From contig JBCCQY010000090.1 in assembly GCA_039208735.1 (NCBI GenBank), forward strand, positions 1 through 36,378: DNA of 36,378 nucleotides. The letters are read 5' to 3'. Shown piece by piece: positions 17,892 to 27,686 of this stretch (positions within the stretch are counted from its first letter, which is position 1; each line of letters opens with the position of its first letter). The notes below the pieces were generated by a model, which saw only the letters and a list, made by a program, of their open reading frames with translations, was not told where the DNA came from and made no database searches. This stretch comes from Myxococcota bacterium. Lineage in GTDB: Bacteria > Myxococcota_A > UBA796 > GCA-2862545. A program made the position numbers and the translations under genes.

Positions 17892-19068
17892 TGCTGCCGT
17901 GCTGGATTGGGCGATCATTGGGGGAGGCATTCACGGGGTGCACCTTGCGGCCCGGCTACTCGGTGAGGCGCGCGTCCCCGCCGAAAAGCTTCGCATCGTG
18001 GACCCGGCGCCGTCGTTGTTGGAAACCTGGCGACGTTGTTCGGGCAATGCCGGAATGCGCCACCTTCGTTCACCAGGTGTTCATCACCTCGACCTCGAAC
18101 CCTGGTCTTTGGTGCAATTCGCAGAAGCGAAGGCGGCCGGCGATTCGAAAGGAATGTTTGCGCCACCCTACGGTCGTCCGAGTCGCTCCCTCTTCGCCGA
18201 TCACTGCGCTCGCGTGATTCAGCGCTTCGGGCTCGATCACCGGCATCAACGAGATGCAGCGGTCCACCTCGACCTGACATGCGACCACGTCGGCGTGGGC
18301 CTCCAAAGCGGCACGAAGCTCTTGGCCCGCCACGTGTTGCTCGCCATTGGCTCGGCCAGTGAACTTCGCTGGCCTTCGTGGGCCCTTGCGTTGCGGGAGG
18401 AGGGGGCCCAGGTCCGGCATGTGTTCGACCCAGGCTTCGTGTTGGCTCCCCAGACCCAGCCTTCGCGAGTCGCCGTGATCGGAGCCGGGCTCACGGGGGC
18501 ACAAGTCGCCCTCCGCCTCGCCGACACCCACGAAGTGCACCTCATCAGCCGGCATGCGTTGCGAAAGCACCAGTTCGACAGCGACCCTGGATGGATCGGG
18601 CCCAAGCACATGCGCCGCTTCTTGATGACCGAGGACCCTGACGCCCGGCGCGCGCAAATCACCGCGGCTCGGCACACCGGCTCCATGCCTCCAGACGTCC
18701 ACCGCGCCCTTCGTCGGGCCATGGAGGGTGGCCGCGTTCAGTTTCATCGAGGCACCGTGCAATCCGCCAAGGGTGGCGATGCCCTGACCCTAGGGATCGA
18801 CTCGCAACGCATCCAGGTCGACTCCGTGCTGCTGGCGACGGGATTTGGGTCAGGCCGACCGGGGGGCACGTTGGTCGACGAATTGGTCGACACGCATGCG
18901 CTGCCCTGCGCCTCGTGTGGCTTTCCCATCGTCGATGCCCATCTCCGCTGGCACCCTCGTGTGTTCGTGACGGGGCCACTCGCCGAACTCGAGATCGGAC
19001 CCGTCTCTCGCAACATCGTCGGGGCACGTCGCGCCGCGGAGCGCATCGTCCCTGTCGCGTGCGCCTGA
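17884..19068 (+). CDS. FAD/NAD(P)-binding oxidoreductase
   Basis: Two Rossmann motifs (IIGGGIHG; VIGAGLTG), HLRSPGVHH, LLATGF. Overlaps the GTPase end; start is GTG 17884 or 17872. Confidence 0.85.
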   Translation: MASAAVLDWAIIGGGIHGVHLAARLLGEARVPAEKLRIVDPAPSLLETWRRCSGNAGMRHLRSPGVHHLDLEPWSLVQFAEAKAAGDSKGMFAPPYGRPSRSLFADHCARVIQRFGLDHRHQRDAAVHLDLTCDHVGVGLQSGTKLLARHVLLAIGSASELRWPSWALALREEGAQVRHVFDPGFVLAPQTQPSRVAVIGAGLTGAQVALRLADTHEVHLISRHALRKHQFDSDPGWIGPKHMRRFLMTEDPDARRAQITAARHTGSMPPDVHRALRRAMEGGRVQFHRGTVQSAKGGDALTLGIDSQRIQVDSVLLATGFGSGRPGGTLVDELVDTHALPCASCGFPIVDAHLRWHPRVFVTGPLAELEIGPVSRNIVGARRAAERIVPVACA

Positions 19069-19143
19069 TGCACACGAACCTTGCTTGCCGTGCATTGGGC
19101 GCACGTGCGAGCACGGTCTACGACGAAGGCAGTGGAGGCTGCC

Positions 19144-19527
19144 TTGGAACTCCTTCGTCGGCACATCTTTCTCTTTGACGGTCTCGGTGCCGTCCTCAGC
19201 ACCTTCGGTACGGCCGTGCTGCTACCGCGCTGGTCATCGTGGATCGGCTTGCCCGTTGACGTGCTGTGGGCGCTGGCTGTGCCCGCCGCGCTCTTCGCGA
19301 CGTACTCCCTTTCGTGCTGGTTCTTCGGCGCTCGGCTCTGGCCCTGGTTGGCGGTCATCATGGTGGGCAACCTGGCGTATTGCGTAGGCGTAGCCTTCGT
19401 AATGGCAAACTTCGGATCGGGTCTCACGGCGCTGGGGGCAGCCTACTTCGGAGGCGAAATGCTGGTCATTGCCGGTGTCGTTGGCCTTGAAGGCTATGTG
19501 TTACGAACGTCCCCTCCAGCGGCATGA
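19144..19527 (+). CDS. Hypothetical four-TM membrane protein
   Basis: Hydrophobic ORF (FLFDGLGA…NLAYC). TTG 19144 has GGAGG upstream; start uncertain. Confidence 0.6.
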   Translation: MELLRRHIFLFDGLGAVLSTFGTAVLLPRWSSWIGLPVDVLWALAVPAALFATYSLSCWFFGARLWPWLAVIMVGNLAYCVGVAFVMANFGSGLTALGAAYFGGEMLVIAGVVGLEGYVLRTSPPAA

Positions 19528-20453
19528 AACGTGGTTTGCTCCGCCACAACTTCTGCGACCAGTGCCCGTAGCATGCGGTGACGTGGCTGGGCGGTGTGGC
19601 GAGGATGCCAGAGGAGCCGCATCTCCATGCGGGGAACCGGTACGGGAGGCGGATGGGCTACGAGGCCCCGGCCGAAGGTCGGTAGGATTTCGGACGGGAC
19701 CAACGCCAGCATGCGAGTCGCCCGAACCACCCGAACCACCGCCGCAAAGGTCGTGACCGAGCAAGCCACCCGCCTCGTGGACCCCTGCGTCCCAAGCAGA
19801 TCGTCCATAAAGCCGCGACCGCCTCCTTCGTCGCTCATGATCACATGTTCCGCGGCCAAGTAGCGTTCGAGATCCGGCGGTTCGGACCATAAGGTCTCGG
19901 CCCCAATGACAACGAATCGCCGCTTGTAGAGGGTTCGGTGGACCAAATCGCTCAAGTCCGGCAAGTTTGGCACCACGATCGTCGTCAGATCTGGAGCGAT
20001 CGCGGCATGAAGTAAATTCCGCTTGCCTTCCTCTACAGATTGCATGGTGAGACTTCGTACTCGGAGATCGATGCCTGGGGCTTGCGCACGAATCTTCTCC
20101 ACCATGGCGGGAAACCAGGCCTGTTCGAGCTCATCGCCCAAGCCAATCACAAAGTCCCCCGTGGCGGTGCGTGGATCGAAAGGGCGAACGCGTTGAAAGA
20201 CATCACGGGCCGCCTCGATGGCACGCGTGGCGGGCCGCACGAGTTCCCGAGCCCGATCCGTAGGCACGAGGCGGTTGCCGGCCCTCACCAGCAGTGGATC
20301 GCTAAGCGCATCCCGGAGCCGCTGCAGCGCACGGCTCGTTGCGGAGGGGGATAGCCCCAGATCGTCGGCCGCCTCACTCACACTCTCGCGGGCAAGAACC
20401 CGCTCCAACACGAGCAACAAGTTTAAATCGACATCTCCGTACGTAAGGGGCAT
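19494..20453 (-). CDS. LysR-family transcriptional regulator (NodD/NahR-like)
   Basis: DLNLLLVLERVLARESVSEAADDLGLSPSATSRALQRLRDALSDPLLVR HTH, and C-terminal LLWHPRHTAQPRHRMLR. Confidence 0.93.
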   Translation of the reverse strand: MPLTYGDVDLNLLLVLERVLARESVSEAADDLGLSPSATSRALQRLRDALSDPLLVRAGNRLVPTDRARELVRPATRAIEAARDVFQRVRPFDPRTATGDFVIGLGDELEQAWFPAMVEKIRAQAPGIDLRVRSLTMQSVEEGKRNLLHAAIAPDLTTIVVPNLPDLSDLVHRTLYKRRFVVIGAETLWSEPPDLERYLAAEHVIMSDEGGGRGFMDDLLGTQGSTRRVACSVTTFAAVVRVVRATRMLALVPSEILPTFGRGLVAHPPPVPVPRMEMRLLWHPRHTAQPRHRMLRALVAEVVAEQTTFHAAGGDVRNT

Positions 20454-20560
20454 GCAAGGTCCTCGGTTCGCGCAATTTCGGATCCACCCGTATACCGGCC
20501 ACGTCCCAAGGAGATCCTCCAGTTCGACAAATCTCCTTGTTGCCTATGGTAGGCTGCGAC

Positions 20561-21178
20561 ATGAATTCGCGAACGCTTCTCGCTGCCGGATTTGTGATCA
20601 CGATCGTGGTCGTCGGCATCGCTTGGATGGGGAGCCGTGACGCCACTTCTCCGGGCTCCCCTGGACCCGAAGATGCCGGTACAATGGTGTCCGCGCCGAC
20701 AGCTTCCCCGCATCCGAACCCTGGACCAGCGGAAGGCCCCCGTCCTGACGAAATCACGTTGTCTGAGGATTTGTGGCCCAACGTGGATTGGGACAACGTT
20801 CGCGAACGCACACCACAGAGTCTGGTGTGGACCGAAACGATGCCCCCGGACACCGATGCGGAGCGAGCCCGTCGCGCCAAATCGGCCCAGGAGCGGAATG
20901 CGACGTTTGGTCGAATCCAAGCCGGATTGGCCGACGACGACGAAATCGACACCTACTACGACGACCGAGAGCGGCTCCTCACCGACAACCTCGAGTTCGT
21001 TGGCATCCTTCTTCAAGACTACCGGTCATCGATTCCCGAGCGTGACCAAGGCCTGCTCGAGATGAGCTTCAGTATGACCTACCGACGGTTGCAACAAATT
21101 CCCGAAGAGCGCGAACGAGCATTTGGTTGGAAAGCCGATCATGATGCACGACGCGCCGCCCGGAACGCGAGCCCATGA
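20561..21178 (+). CDS. Hypothetical protein (N-terminal TM anchor, Pro-rich linker, helical domain)
   Basis: ATG 20561, hydrophobic N-terminus, charged helical C-terminus. Ends 10 nt before the hydrolase gene. Confidence 0.7.
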   Translation: MNSRTLLAAGFVITIVVVGIAWMGSRDATSPGSPGPEDAGTMVSAPTASPHPNPGPAEGPRPDEITLSEDLWPNVDWDNVRERTPQSLVWTETMPPDTDAERARRAKSAQERNATFGRIQAGLADDDEIDTYYDDRERLLTDNLEFVGILLQDYRSSIPERDQGLLEMSFSMTYRRLQQIPEERERAFGWKADHDARRAARNASP

Positions 21179-21188
21179 AGGAGGTGCC

Positions 21189-22508
21189 ATGCTCGTTTGG
21201 CTCACCGCAATGGCCACAACGGCCGAAGCCCAGGACCTCAGCGCCCTAATCAGTTTGCTCGTTGATACCGGGACCCCACGGTCTTGGACGGAGATGATGC
21301 TTCCGGACACCGTGTGCGGCAACGGAACCCCTTACCGGTTCTACGTGCACGAAAACGACCCCGGTGAGCCCGAGAACGTGCTCTTCTACTTCGAAGGGGG
21401 CGGGGCTTGCTGGACCTACGAAGGATGTACTGGTCAAAATGGCGTGCTTAGCGCCGCGAACCCCAACGGGATTCCCGCCAACTACATGACGGGACTTCAA
21501 CAACAATACGCAAGCCCCTTGGTCAATGGTGCGGACCCGGGGCTACCCCTGCGCTCACGCACGGATCTGTTCACCAAAGACTGGAACGTGGTGTTCCTGC
21601 CGTACTGCACAGGCGACACGCACGTTGGCAACTCCGTGCGAACCTACACCGACCCGGCCGACCCGACGAACAGCATCACTTACCACCACAATGGCTACAA
21701 CAACACCCAAGAGGTGATCGCGTGGGCCGATGGCAATTGGCCGACGGTCAACGACCTGTTGGTGAGCGGCTATTCGGCGGGCGGCACGGGAACCGCCGCG
21801 AACTACTACTTCATCCGGAACGCCCTTACCGTCACAGGTGAGGCGTACTACCTCAATGATTCGGGACCGCTGTTTCCAGCCCCGAACACCAACTCGAATT
21901 CACGAGCCTTGCACGACCGCATCACCATCGAGTGGGACCTGCTGTCGGTTTTCGACCAATTGCCAGACTCGATCACCGACCTCACGCAAAACCCCAATGG
22001 GTTCGATCTGAACGACTACGGCACCCTCAACCGAGCCGTGGCGAACGAGTTCCCCAACGACCACTTCGCCTACACCGCGTTCTCGATGGACTACAACTAC
22101 AGCCGGTTCTCGTACGAGAGCTTCCTGACCAACCCGTCGCGGGACGACATCCTCGACCGCTGGCAAGACGATCAGGACGATCTGGTCCAACTGCTCGGCA
22201 CCCTGCCCAACTTCTCTTGGCACATCCCTTGGGAGCGGCCGCTGCTCGATAGCCACACCGTCACCACCGTGACCTTCATCGGTTCGCACGCATGCGAGCA
22301 GATGGAGAAGAAGCGGTATTGGTGGGAGTACCTCGCCTGGCCGTGGGGACAGACCTACAAGTGCTACTCCGAGTTCCTGCCCATGGAGACCTTCCTCGAC
22401 CGGTGGTACACGGGCCAAACCAGCCGGATCGTGGAGCCCGAAAACGGCTACAACGATGAAGACCCGGGCATGCAGCTCATCAAGTCCTTGGTCGAAGCCG
22501 CTCTCTAG
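21189..22508 (+). CDS. Pectinacetylesterase/Notum-like secreted serine hydrolase
   Basis: GGAGG RBS. CGNGTPYRF, FYFEGGGACW, PYCTGDTHVG, nucleophile motif GYSAGG, NDSGP. Confidence 0.85.
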   Translation: MLVWLTAMATTAEAQDLSALISLLVDTGTPRSWTEMMLPDTVCGNGTPYRFYVHENDPGEPENVLFYFEGGGACWTYEGCTGQNGVLSAANPNGIPANYMTGLQQQYASPLVNGADPGLPLRSRTDLFTKDWNVVFLPYCTGDTHVGNSVRTYTDPADPTNSITYHHNGYNNTQEVIAWADGNWPTVNDLLVSGYSAGGTGTAANYYFIRNALTVTGEAYYLNDSGPLFPAPNTNSNSRALHDRITIEWDLLSVFDQLPDSITDLTQNPNGFDLNDYGTLNRAVANEFPNDHFAYTAFSMDYNYSRFSYESFLTNPSRDDILDRWQDDQDDLVQLLGTLPNFSWHIPWERPLLDSHTVTTVTFIGSHACEQMEKKRYWWEYLAWPWGQTYKCYSEFLPMETFLDRWYTGQTSRIVEPENGYNDEDPGMQLIKSLVEAAL

Positions 22509-23107
22509 AACCGCCCGACACTGACGCCACCACTCAGCGAAACCCCGCTGTAGTCGGAGCGAAGAAACGCGTCATAGCCGAAGATGGTGCTGAACCGCAC
22601 GGCAAGGTACGGTCGAAGGTGCTCGGTGGCGGCCAAGGTCACCCGAGCCCCCACATCTGCGCCAAGGCCCAGCGAACTGTCGCGGCCTTCCATCAGGCGA
22701 TCTTCCCAGACGCTCGGAAGGTCGCCATCCGGCGTCTCCCTGTCCTTTCCGACCAGGTAGAAGCCGTAGCCGCCAAAACCGACCATCGCCGGCAGGTCGA
22801 GTCGGATCTTATCGTTCACTTCAAAACCAGGCGCCACGTACACGCCGAAGAGGGCCCCGTCAGACCGAAGTGAAAGGACGTTTTGTCCCCGGTAGGGCTC
22901 ATCGACGGCCAGATCGAAGGTCACGGGATTGATGGGACCCGGACGGGCGAAGCCCGACACCCCAACCCGAAGGTGGTCATCGAAAAGGCCCACCCCTACG
23001 CCCACGCCCGGGCCGTGGTTCGCGTGCTGTCCAAGATAGTTGGCGCGCCACTCCACATCCACGATGATCGGGGTCTGCGCGATGGCGGTGCTCATCAACC
23101 AGAACAT
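22505..23107 (-). CDS. Hypothetical outer-membrane beta-barrel-like protein
   Basis: Short signal-like N-terminus, alternating Gly/hydrophobic strands, terminal Phe (…SVGRF). Confidence 0.6.
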   Translation of the reverse strand: MFWLMSTAIAQTPIIVDVEWRANYLGQHANHGPGVGVGVGLFDDHLRVGVSGFARPGPINPVTFDLAVDEPYRGQNVLSLRSDGALFGVYVAPGFEVNDKIRLDLPAMVGFGGYGFYLVGKDRETPDGDLPSVWEDRLMEGRDSSLGLGADVGARVTLAATEHLRPYLAVRFSTIFGYDAFLRSDYSGVSLSGGVSVGRF

Positions 23108-23132
23108 AGCGATCTCCAAGATTCAAAGGGAT

Positions 23133-23765
23133 TCAGAAGTTCTTCCAGGTACGTGCCATGCCCGGAACCCAGCGGAACGCTGCGTGGGCCCCCGCGAGGT
23201 ACTTGCCGCCGTCGCCGTTGAAGCCAAAAATGCCGCCCGTAGCACCGCCAATGGCAAGCTGTAGATCTTCGTTGAGCGCCAACACCCCCTCGGCCCGAAT
23301 CAACGCCCCCTGGGCATCGAGTGCAGAACTCGGCGCAACCTGCTGATGGAAGACGTTCTTCCACCCGACGCGAAGGGCCCCGGTCCCTCCCAACGGCAGC
23401 GTGACCATGGGCGAAAGGTCTGCGATGACCGACACCCCGTTGTCATCGATCCGGGAGTCCGCCTCAGGCTGGAGCTGCTGAATCCCCGCATCCACCTCAA
23501 TGTCGACCTGGACCGTTTCGAGACGGACCAGGGGCACAGTCAACTCCACGGTGCCCCCAAGCCGGGTCCCGTCGACTGCGAACCCATCCACAAAGCCCTC
23601 GGTGACTTGTGCTCCGAAGCCCCGGAACCCAAGTTGCCAGCCTTTCTCGAATCGTAGGCGGCCATTCAGCGCCAAGGTGCGATCTGCGGTCGAAACCCCC
23701 GCATCCACCCCAAGCGCTCCCGCCGGCCCTGCGTGCGCCAGCGTCGTCAAGAGCAACACCATCAT
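23133..23765 (-). CDS. Hypothetical outer-membrane beta-barrel-like protein
   Basis: GGAGG before ATG 23765, signal peptide (…LAHA), amphipathic strands, terminal Phe. Confidence 0.6.
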   Translation of the reverse strand: MMVLLLTTLAHAGPAGALGVDAGVSTADRTLALNGRLRFEKGWQLGFRGFGAQVTEGFVDGFAVDGTRLGGTVELTVPLVRLETVQVDIEVDAGIQQLQPEADSRIDDNGVSVIADLSPMVTLPLGGTGALRVGWKNVFHQQVAPSSALDAQGALIRAEGVLALNEDLQLAIGGATGGIFGFNGDGGKYLAGAHAAFRWVPGMARTWKNF

Positions 23766-23852
23766 TCCCTCCATTTGGGTACCGAGGTATTGCTGCATCT
23801 GACGAAGCATAAGACACCAAGAGCGTCCAACTCTATTGCACGGAGTACATCA

Positions 23853-24719
23853 ATGGCATCGATCGATGCGCTGCGGCTGTTCGTCGAAGTCTTCGACAAG
23901 CAGAGCTTCACCGCGGCAGGACGAGCGGTGGGCCTTGATCCTTCGGTCGTCTCACGGCGAATCCGCCGTCTCGAGGATGAACTGAAAGCGCCCCTCTTTC
24001 GGCGAACCACCCGCGCGGTGAGCCCCACCGATGCCGGCCGAATCTTCTATGAACGTGTCGCTCCTGCGCTGGTCACGATTCAGGAGGCCGTCCTTGAGCT
24101 TTCCACACCTGAAGGACACCTGCGAGGCCCCTTGCGGGTGGCCGCACCAGGGGCGTTCGGACGAATTCAGGTAGCCCCAGTCGTTCATCGGTTTGTGCAG
24201 ATGCATCCCGATGTCGATGTCGAGTTGTTGCTGAGCGACCGGAGAGTCAACCTCGTGCGGGAGGGCATCGACGTCGCAATCCGTATTGGAAAGCCCACCG
24301 AGCAGGGGCAGGTGGTCCGCCGCCTCGGCGCCTCAGAGCAATGGGCCGTCGCGTCCGCCGGCTACCTTGAAGCCCATCCCATTACCGAGGAGCTGCGCGG
24401 CCATCGCGTTGTGCTGCGCATCGAGGACGGCGTCCTCATCGACATTCGCCAACACACGCCCCTGCCTTCCCATTCGGTAGACGTCGCGATGATCACCGAC
24501 GATCTGTCGGCCGCCTATGACGCCGTCAAAGCCCATCTTGGAATCGGAGGATTGCCGCGCTGGCTCACGGAAGCCGACGTGGCGTCCGGCACGCTCGTAC
24601 GGCTCGCGTTGGGGCCCCGAGACCTTCACATCCCGATCTATGCGGTGTTGGTGTCAGGCCGGCGCGCCACCGCGCGCACCCGCGCGTTCGTCGATGCACT
24701 GGCCGAAGCCCTTGCCTAG
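23853..24719 (+). CDS. LysR-family transcriptional regulator (CrgA-like)
   Basis: LRLFVEVFDKQSFTAAGRAVGLDPSVVSRRIRRLEDELKAPLFRRTTRAVSPTDAG, and EGIDVAIRIG. Confidence 0.93.
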   Translation: MASIDALRLFVEVFDKQSFTAAGRAVGLDPSVVSRRIRRLEDELKAPLFRRTTRAVSPTDAGRIFYERVAPALVTIQEAVLELSTPEGHLRGPLRVAAPGAFGRIQVAPVVHRFVQMHPDVDVELLLSDRRVNLVREGIDVAIRIGKPTEQGQVVRRLGASEQWAVASAGYLEAHPITEELRGHRVVLRIEDGVLIDIRQHTPLPSHSVDVAMITDDLSAAYDAVKAHLGIGGLPRWLTEADVASGTLVRLALGPRDLHIPIYAVLVSGRRATARTRAFVDALAEALA

Positions 24720-24722
24720 CTT

Positions 24723-25190
24723 TCACGTGCCTCCGGCGATGACCACCTCAGGAAACAGCGTATCCCCCGCGTCCATCCGGGCGGCATCCATCGTGGCAAT
24801 CAGGAGTTCGTAAGAAACGAAGGCGTCGGGCACCAAGATGACACTTCGCTCTGCCTGATGCCGCTTCTTGAGATCGGCCAACAACGCGGTGAGGCCTGAC
24901 AGATCGTAGGTTTCGGGGCCTCGGCAGGGACCTCGACACAACAACGCGGCCCCCTCCTCGAGCTGGGGATCGTTCCCTTCAACCCGAAACCCCGCATCAC
25001 CGACGTGCACCTTGAGTTCCAGAGCATCGACTTGTCGTTCTCCACCGGGTCCAATCGCTGGAAGAACACTTGGAATCACGGCAAGGCTGGCAAACGAAGA
25101 CGCGATGAGCAGAAATGGGATCAGGATGGTGACCAGGTTCATGATGGGAACCAGGTCGAGTTCCGTGCGGATCGTGGTCGGACGAGACAT
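24723..25190 (-). CDS. ExbD/TolR-family protein
   Basis: ELDLVPIMNLVTILIPFLL TM segment, and C-terminal VILVPDAFVSYELLIATMDAAR. Confidence 0.85.
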   Translation of the reverse strand: MSRPTTIRTELDLVPIMNLVTILIPFLLIASSFASLAVIPSVLPAIGPGGERQVDALELKVHVGDAGFRVEGNDPQLEEGAALLCRGPCRGPETYDLSGLTALLADLKKRHQAERSVILVPDAFVSYELLIATMDAARMDAGDTLFPEVVIAGGT

Positions 25191-25288
25191 CGAACCCCTC
25201 CACGAGGGGTTGACCGCAAGCCTGCCAGGGGGTTCGTCAACGAATGGTCATCCTAAGGCTTAATAGACGGCAAACGTACGAGAGAGCC

Positions 25289-27628
25289 GTGACGCAGCCC
25301 ATCGAAAACCACATGTTGAGAACGGTCCTCGACGATCTGCCTGTTGGTGTGATTGTGCAGGGTCCAGGGGCTGAAATTCGCTACGCGAACCAGGCCGCGT
25401 TGCGATTGCTTGGGCTCACCATGGACCAACTTCTCGGCAAAACATCCTTCGATCCCGATTGGGACGTCGTACGACTCGATGGCTCGCCGTTCCCGGGACC
25501 CGAACACCCCGTACCCGAAGCGATTCGAACGCGACAGTCCGTGCTCGACGTGCTGATGGGCGTTCGTCGAGGCAAACTTGGCGATCGCGTTTGGCTCCTC
25601 GTGAGTGCACTGCCCCGGCTCCATGCGTCAGGGGCCGTGCGAGACGTGCTGTGCACCTTCTCGGACGTCACCCAAGAGCATGCCCATGTCGAAGCGTCCG
25701 AGCGATCGCTGAAGCTCGCCGAACGCCGCATGCAAGAACAGTCTGAGTTGCTCGCAGCGATGTTTCGAGCCACGTCAGAGGGCATCGTCCTCCACGGACC
25801 TGATGGCTCCATCCGCATGGCGAATCGCGCCGCCGCAAAGGTCTTGGGCCTGACCATCGAGCAACTGACCGGCCGCTCTCCGACCGACCCCCGGTGGGGA
25901 TTGGTGCGCACCGACGGGACCCCGTTGCCGCCCAAGGAGATTCCATCGGAAGTCACCCGCCACACCGGTGCGCCCATTCAGATGCGGCTGCTGGGGGTCG
26001 ATCGGCCCGACCGAGGTCGGTCCTGGCTCGCCGTGACCACCGACCCCGTCCGACCAGAAGCGGATCCGCCCCACCATGTGGTGGCGACGTTTACCGACAT
26101 CTCCCGGCTCCGCGAAGCCCAGCTCGCGCTTCAGCGGTCTGAGGCTCAGCTCGCGCGGGTCACCCAGGCCGTCCCTGGCGTGCTGTTCGAAATCGTCCGG
26201 AGGCCACGCGACGACAGCCGGCCCCGACCAGACGCAATTTCAAAGTACGAATGGTCTTTTTCGTTCCTTTCCGGTGAGGTGGAGGAACTCTTTGGACTCC
26301 CGACCGAAGTGGTGCGTCGAGACCCCCGCGCCCTTTTGGCAGTGCTTCCTCCGGACCAAGTTCGCATCGTGCGGGACGCGCTTCAGACCGCGGTGCTCCA
26401 AGGGCGGTCGGCCGAAGTCGAGGCCCGACTCCATCGAGGAGAGTTCGATCGCTCGATTCGCATCCACGCCCGCCCTGATGCAACGACGGAATCCGTCAGG
26501 TGGACCGGATTCATCTTGGATGTGACCGAGGCTCGACGACTGGAAGACCGCCTCCGAACCTCCCAGCGCCTCGAGGCCATGTCGAGCCTCGCCGCAGGCG
26601 TAGCGCACAACTTCAACAACATGCTGGGCGCCATCGTCCCCAACCTCGACTTGGCCCTCGCCAAAGCAGCCCCGCACCTTCAGGGCCCCTTGCGCGATGC
26701 CCTCACGGCCGCACGATCCGCCTCCGAACTCGTTCGACAGCTCCTCTTCGCGTCTCGCGGCGAACCGGAAGGACACAGTGCCACCGTCGATGTCCACCAG
26801 GTCTTGTCCGAAGTGGTGAACATCTGCCGACGCACCTTCGACGCCGGCATCCTGCTTGATGTCGAACTTTCTTCTTCCCCCCTGCCCTCCCGGGGTTCGG
26901 CAACGCTCATCCAACAGGTGGCCCTGAACCTCCTCATCAACGCGCGCGATGCGGTGTCCGACGTCGATGAACCTCAAATCGACCTGCGAGCCTTTGCCAT
27001 CGAGGATCAGTGGGTGGCCTTCGAGGTGCGAGACAACGGCACCGGCATGACGTCCGAGGTCCGCGCCAGACTTGGCGAACCCTTCTTCACGACCAAGCCT
27101 CCAGGACAAGGCACCGGACTCGGTCTTGCTTCGGTGTACGGCATTGTCTCGGATCTCGGTGGCCGAATCGACGTCGACTCAACGGAGGGGGTGGGCACTC
27201 GGTTTCAGGTCCGATTGCCGAAGGTGCAGCCCCAAATCACGGACTTCGCCTCAACCGATCCGCGAACGGCCGAACTTGCGGGTCGTCGAATCCTCCTCAT
27301 CGACGATGAACCATTGGTTCGACGCGCCATGAGCCGCATGCTGCGCCATCGCAAGGTCGTCGTCATGGAGGCGGGCTCCGGCGAGGACGGATTGACGATG
27401 CTCGACGACACCATCGACGCAGTGCTGCTCGATCTTTCCATGCCCGGCATGCCAGGCGATCATGTTTTGCGACTCATGAAGGTGGATCGACCTCATCTTC
27501 CGGTGGCGATTGTGACGGGCCACGTCGACGACATGCCAGCGCTAGAGCCTGCAGACACCGTTTTACGGAAACCCGTCGACGCACAGACCCTGATCCGCTG
27601 GCTTTCGTCGGTTCTCGCTAAGCGGTGA
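25289..27628 (+). CDS. Hybrid PAS-domain sensor histidine kinase/response regulator
   Basis: Three PAS-like domains, H-box GVAHNFNNML, N-box NLLINARDA, DNGTGM, EPFFTTKPPGQGTGLGL, receiver domain LLIDDE…LLDLSMPGMPG…KP. Start uncertain (25244 or 25289). Confidence 0.93.
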   Translation: MTQPIENHMLRTVLDDLPVGVIVQGPGAEIRYANQAALRLLGLTMDQLLGKTSFDPDWDVVRLDGSPFPGPEHPVPEAIRTRQSVLDVLMGVRRGKLGDRVWLLVSALPRLHASGAVRDVLCTFSDVTQEHAHVEASERSLKLAERRMQEQSELLAAMFRATSEGIVLHGPDGSIRMANRAAAKVLGLTIEQLTGRSPTDPRWGLVRTDGTPLPPKEIPSEVTRHTGAPIQMRLLGVDRPDRGRSWLAVTTDPVRPEADPPHHVVATFTDISRLREAQLALQRSEAQLARVTQAVPGVLFEIVRRPRDDSRPRPDAISKYEWSFSFLSGEVEELFGLPTEVVRRDPRALLAVLPPDQVRIVRDALQTAVLQGRSAEVEARLHRGEFDRSIRIHARPDATTESVRWTGFILDVTEARRLEDRLRTSQRLEAMSSLAAGVAHNFNNMLGAIVPNLDLALAKAAPHLQGPLRDALTAARSASELVRQLLFASRGEPEGHSATVDVHQVLSEVVNICRRTFDAGILLDVELSSSPLPSRGSATLIQQVALNLLINARDAVSDVDEPQIDLRAFAIEDQWVAFEVRDNGTGMTSEVRARLGEPFFTTKPPGQGTGLGLASVYGIVSDLGGRIDVDSTEGVGTRFQVRLPKVQPQITDFASTDPRTAELAGRRILLIDDEPLVRRAMSRMLRHRKVVVMEAGSGEDGLTMLDDTIDAVLLDLSMPGMPGDHVLRLMKVDRPHLPVAIVTGHVDDMPALEPADTVLRKPVDAQTLIRWLSSVLAKR

Positions 27629-27686
27629 CCAGCGGATCCTTGCCACAGAGAGTAGCATGGGGGGTAGGGATTGAACTGGAGGCCTC

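Noticed and set aside
19066..19143. TGA of the FAD oxidoreductase is in frame with the downstream membrane ORF (VACA*CTRT…), a possible third Sec
   Set aside because: The oxidoreductase looks complete at GARRAAERI, the downstream ORF has its own RBS, no compact SECIS-like hairpin is at the expected distance, and a shared frame occurs by chance one time in three.
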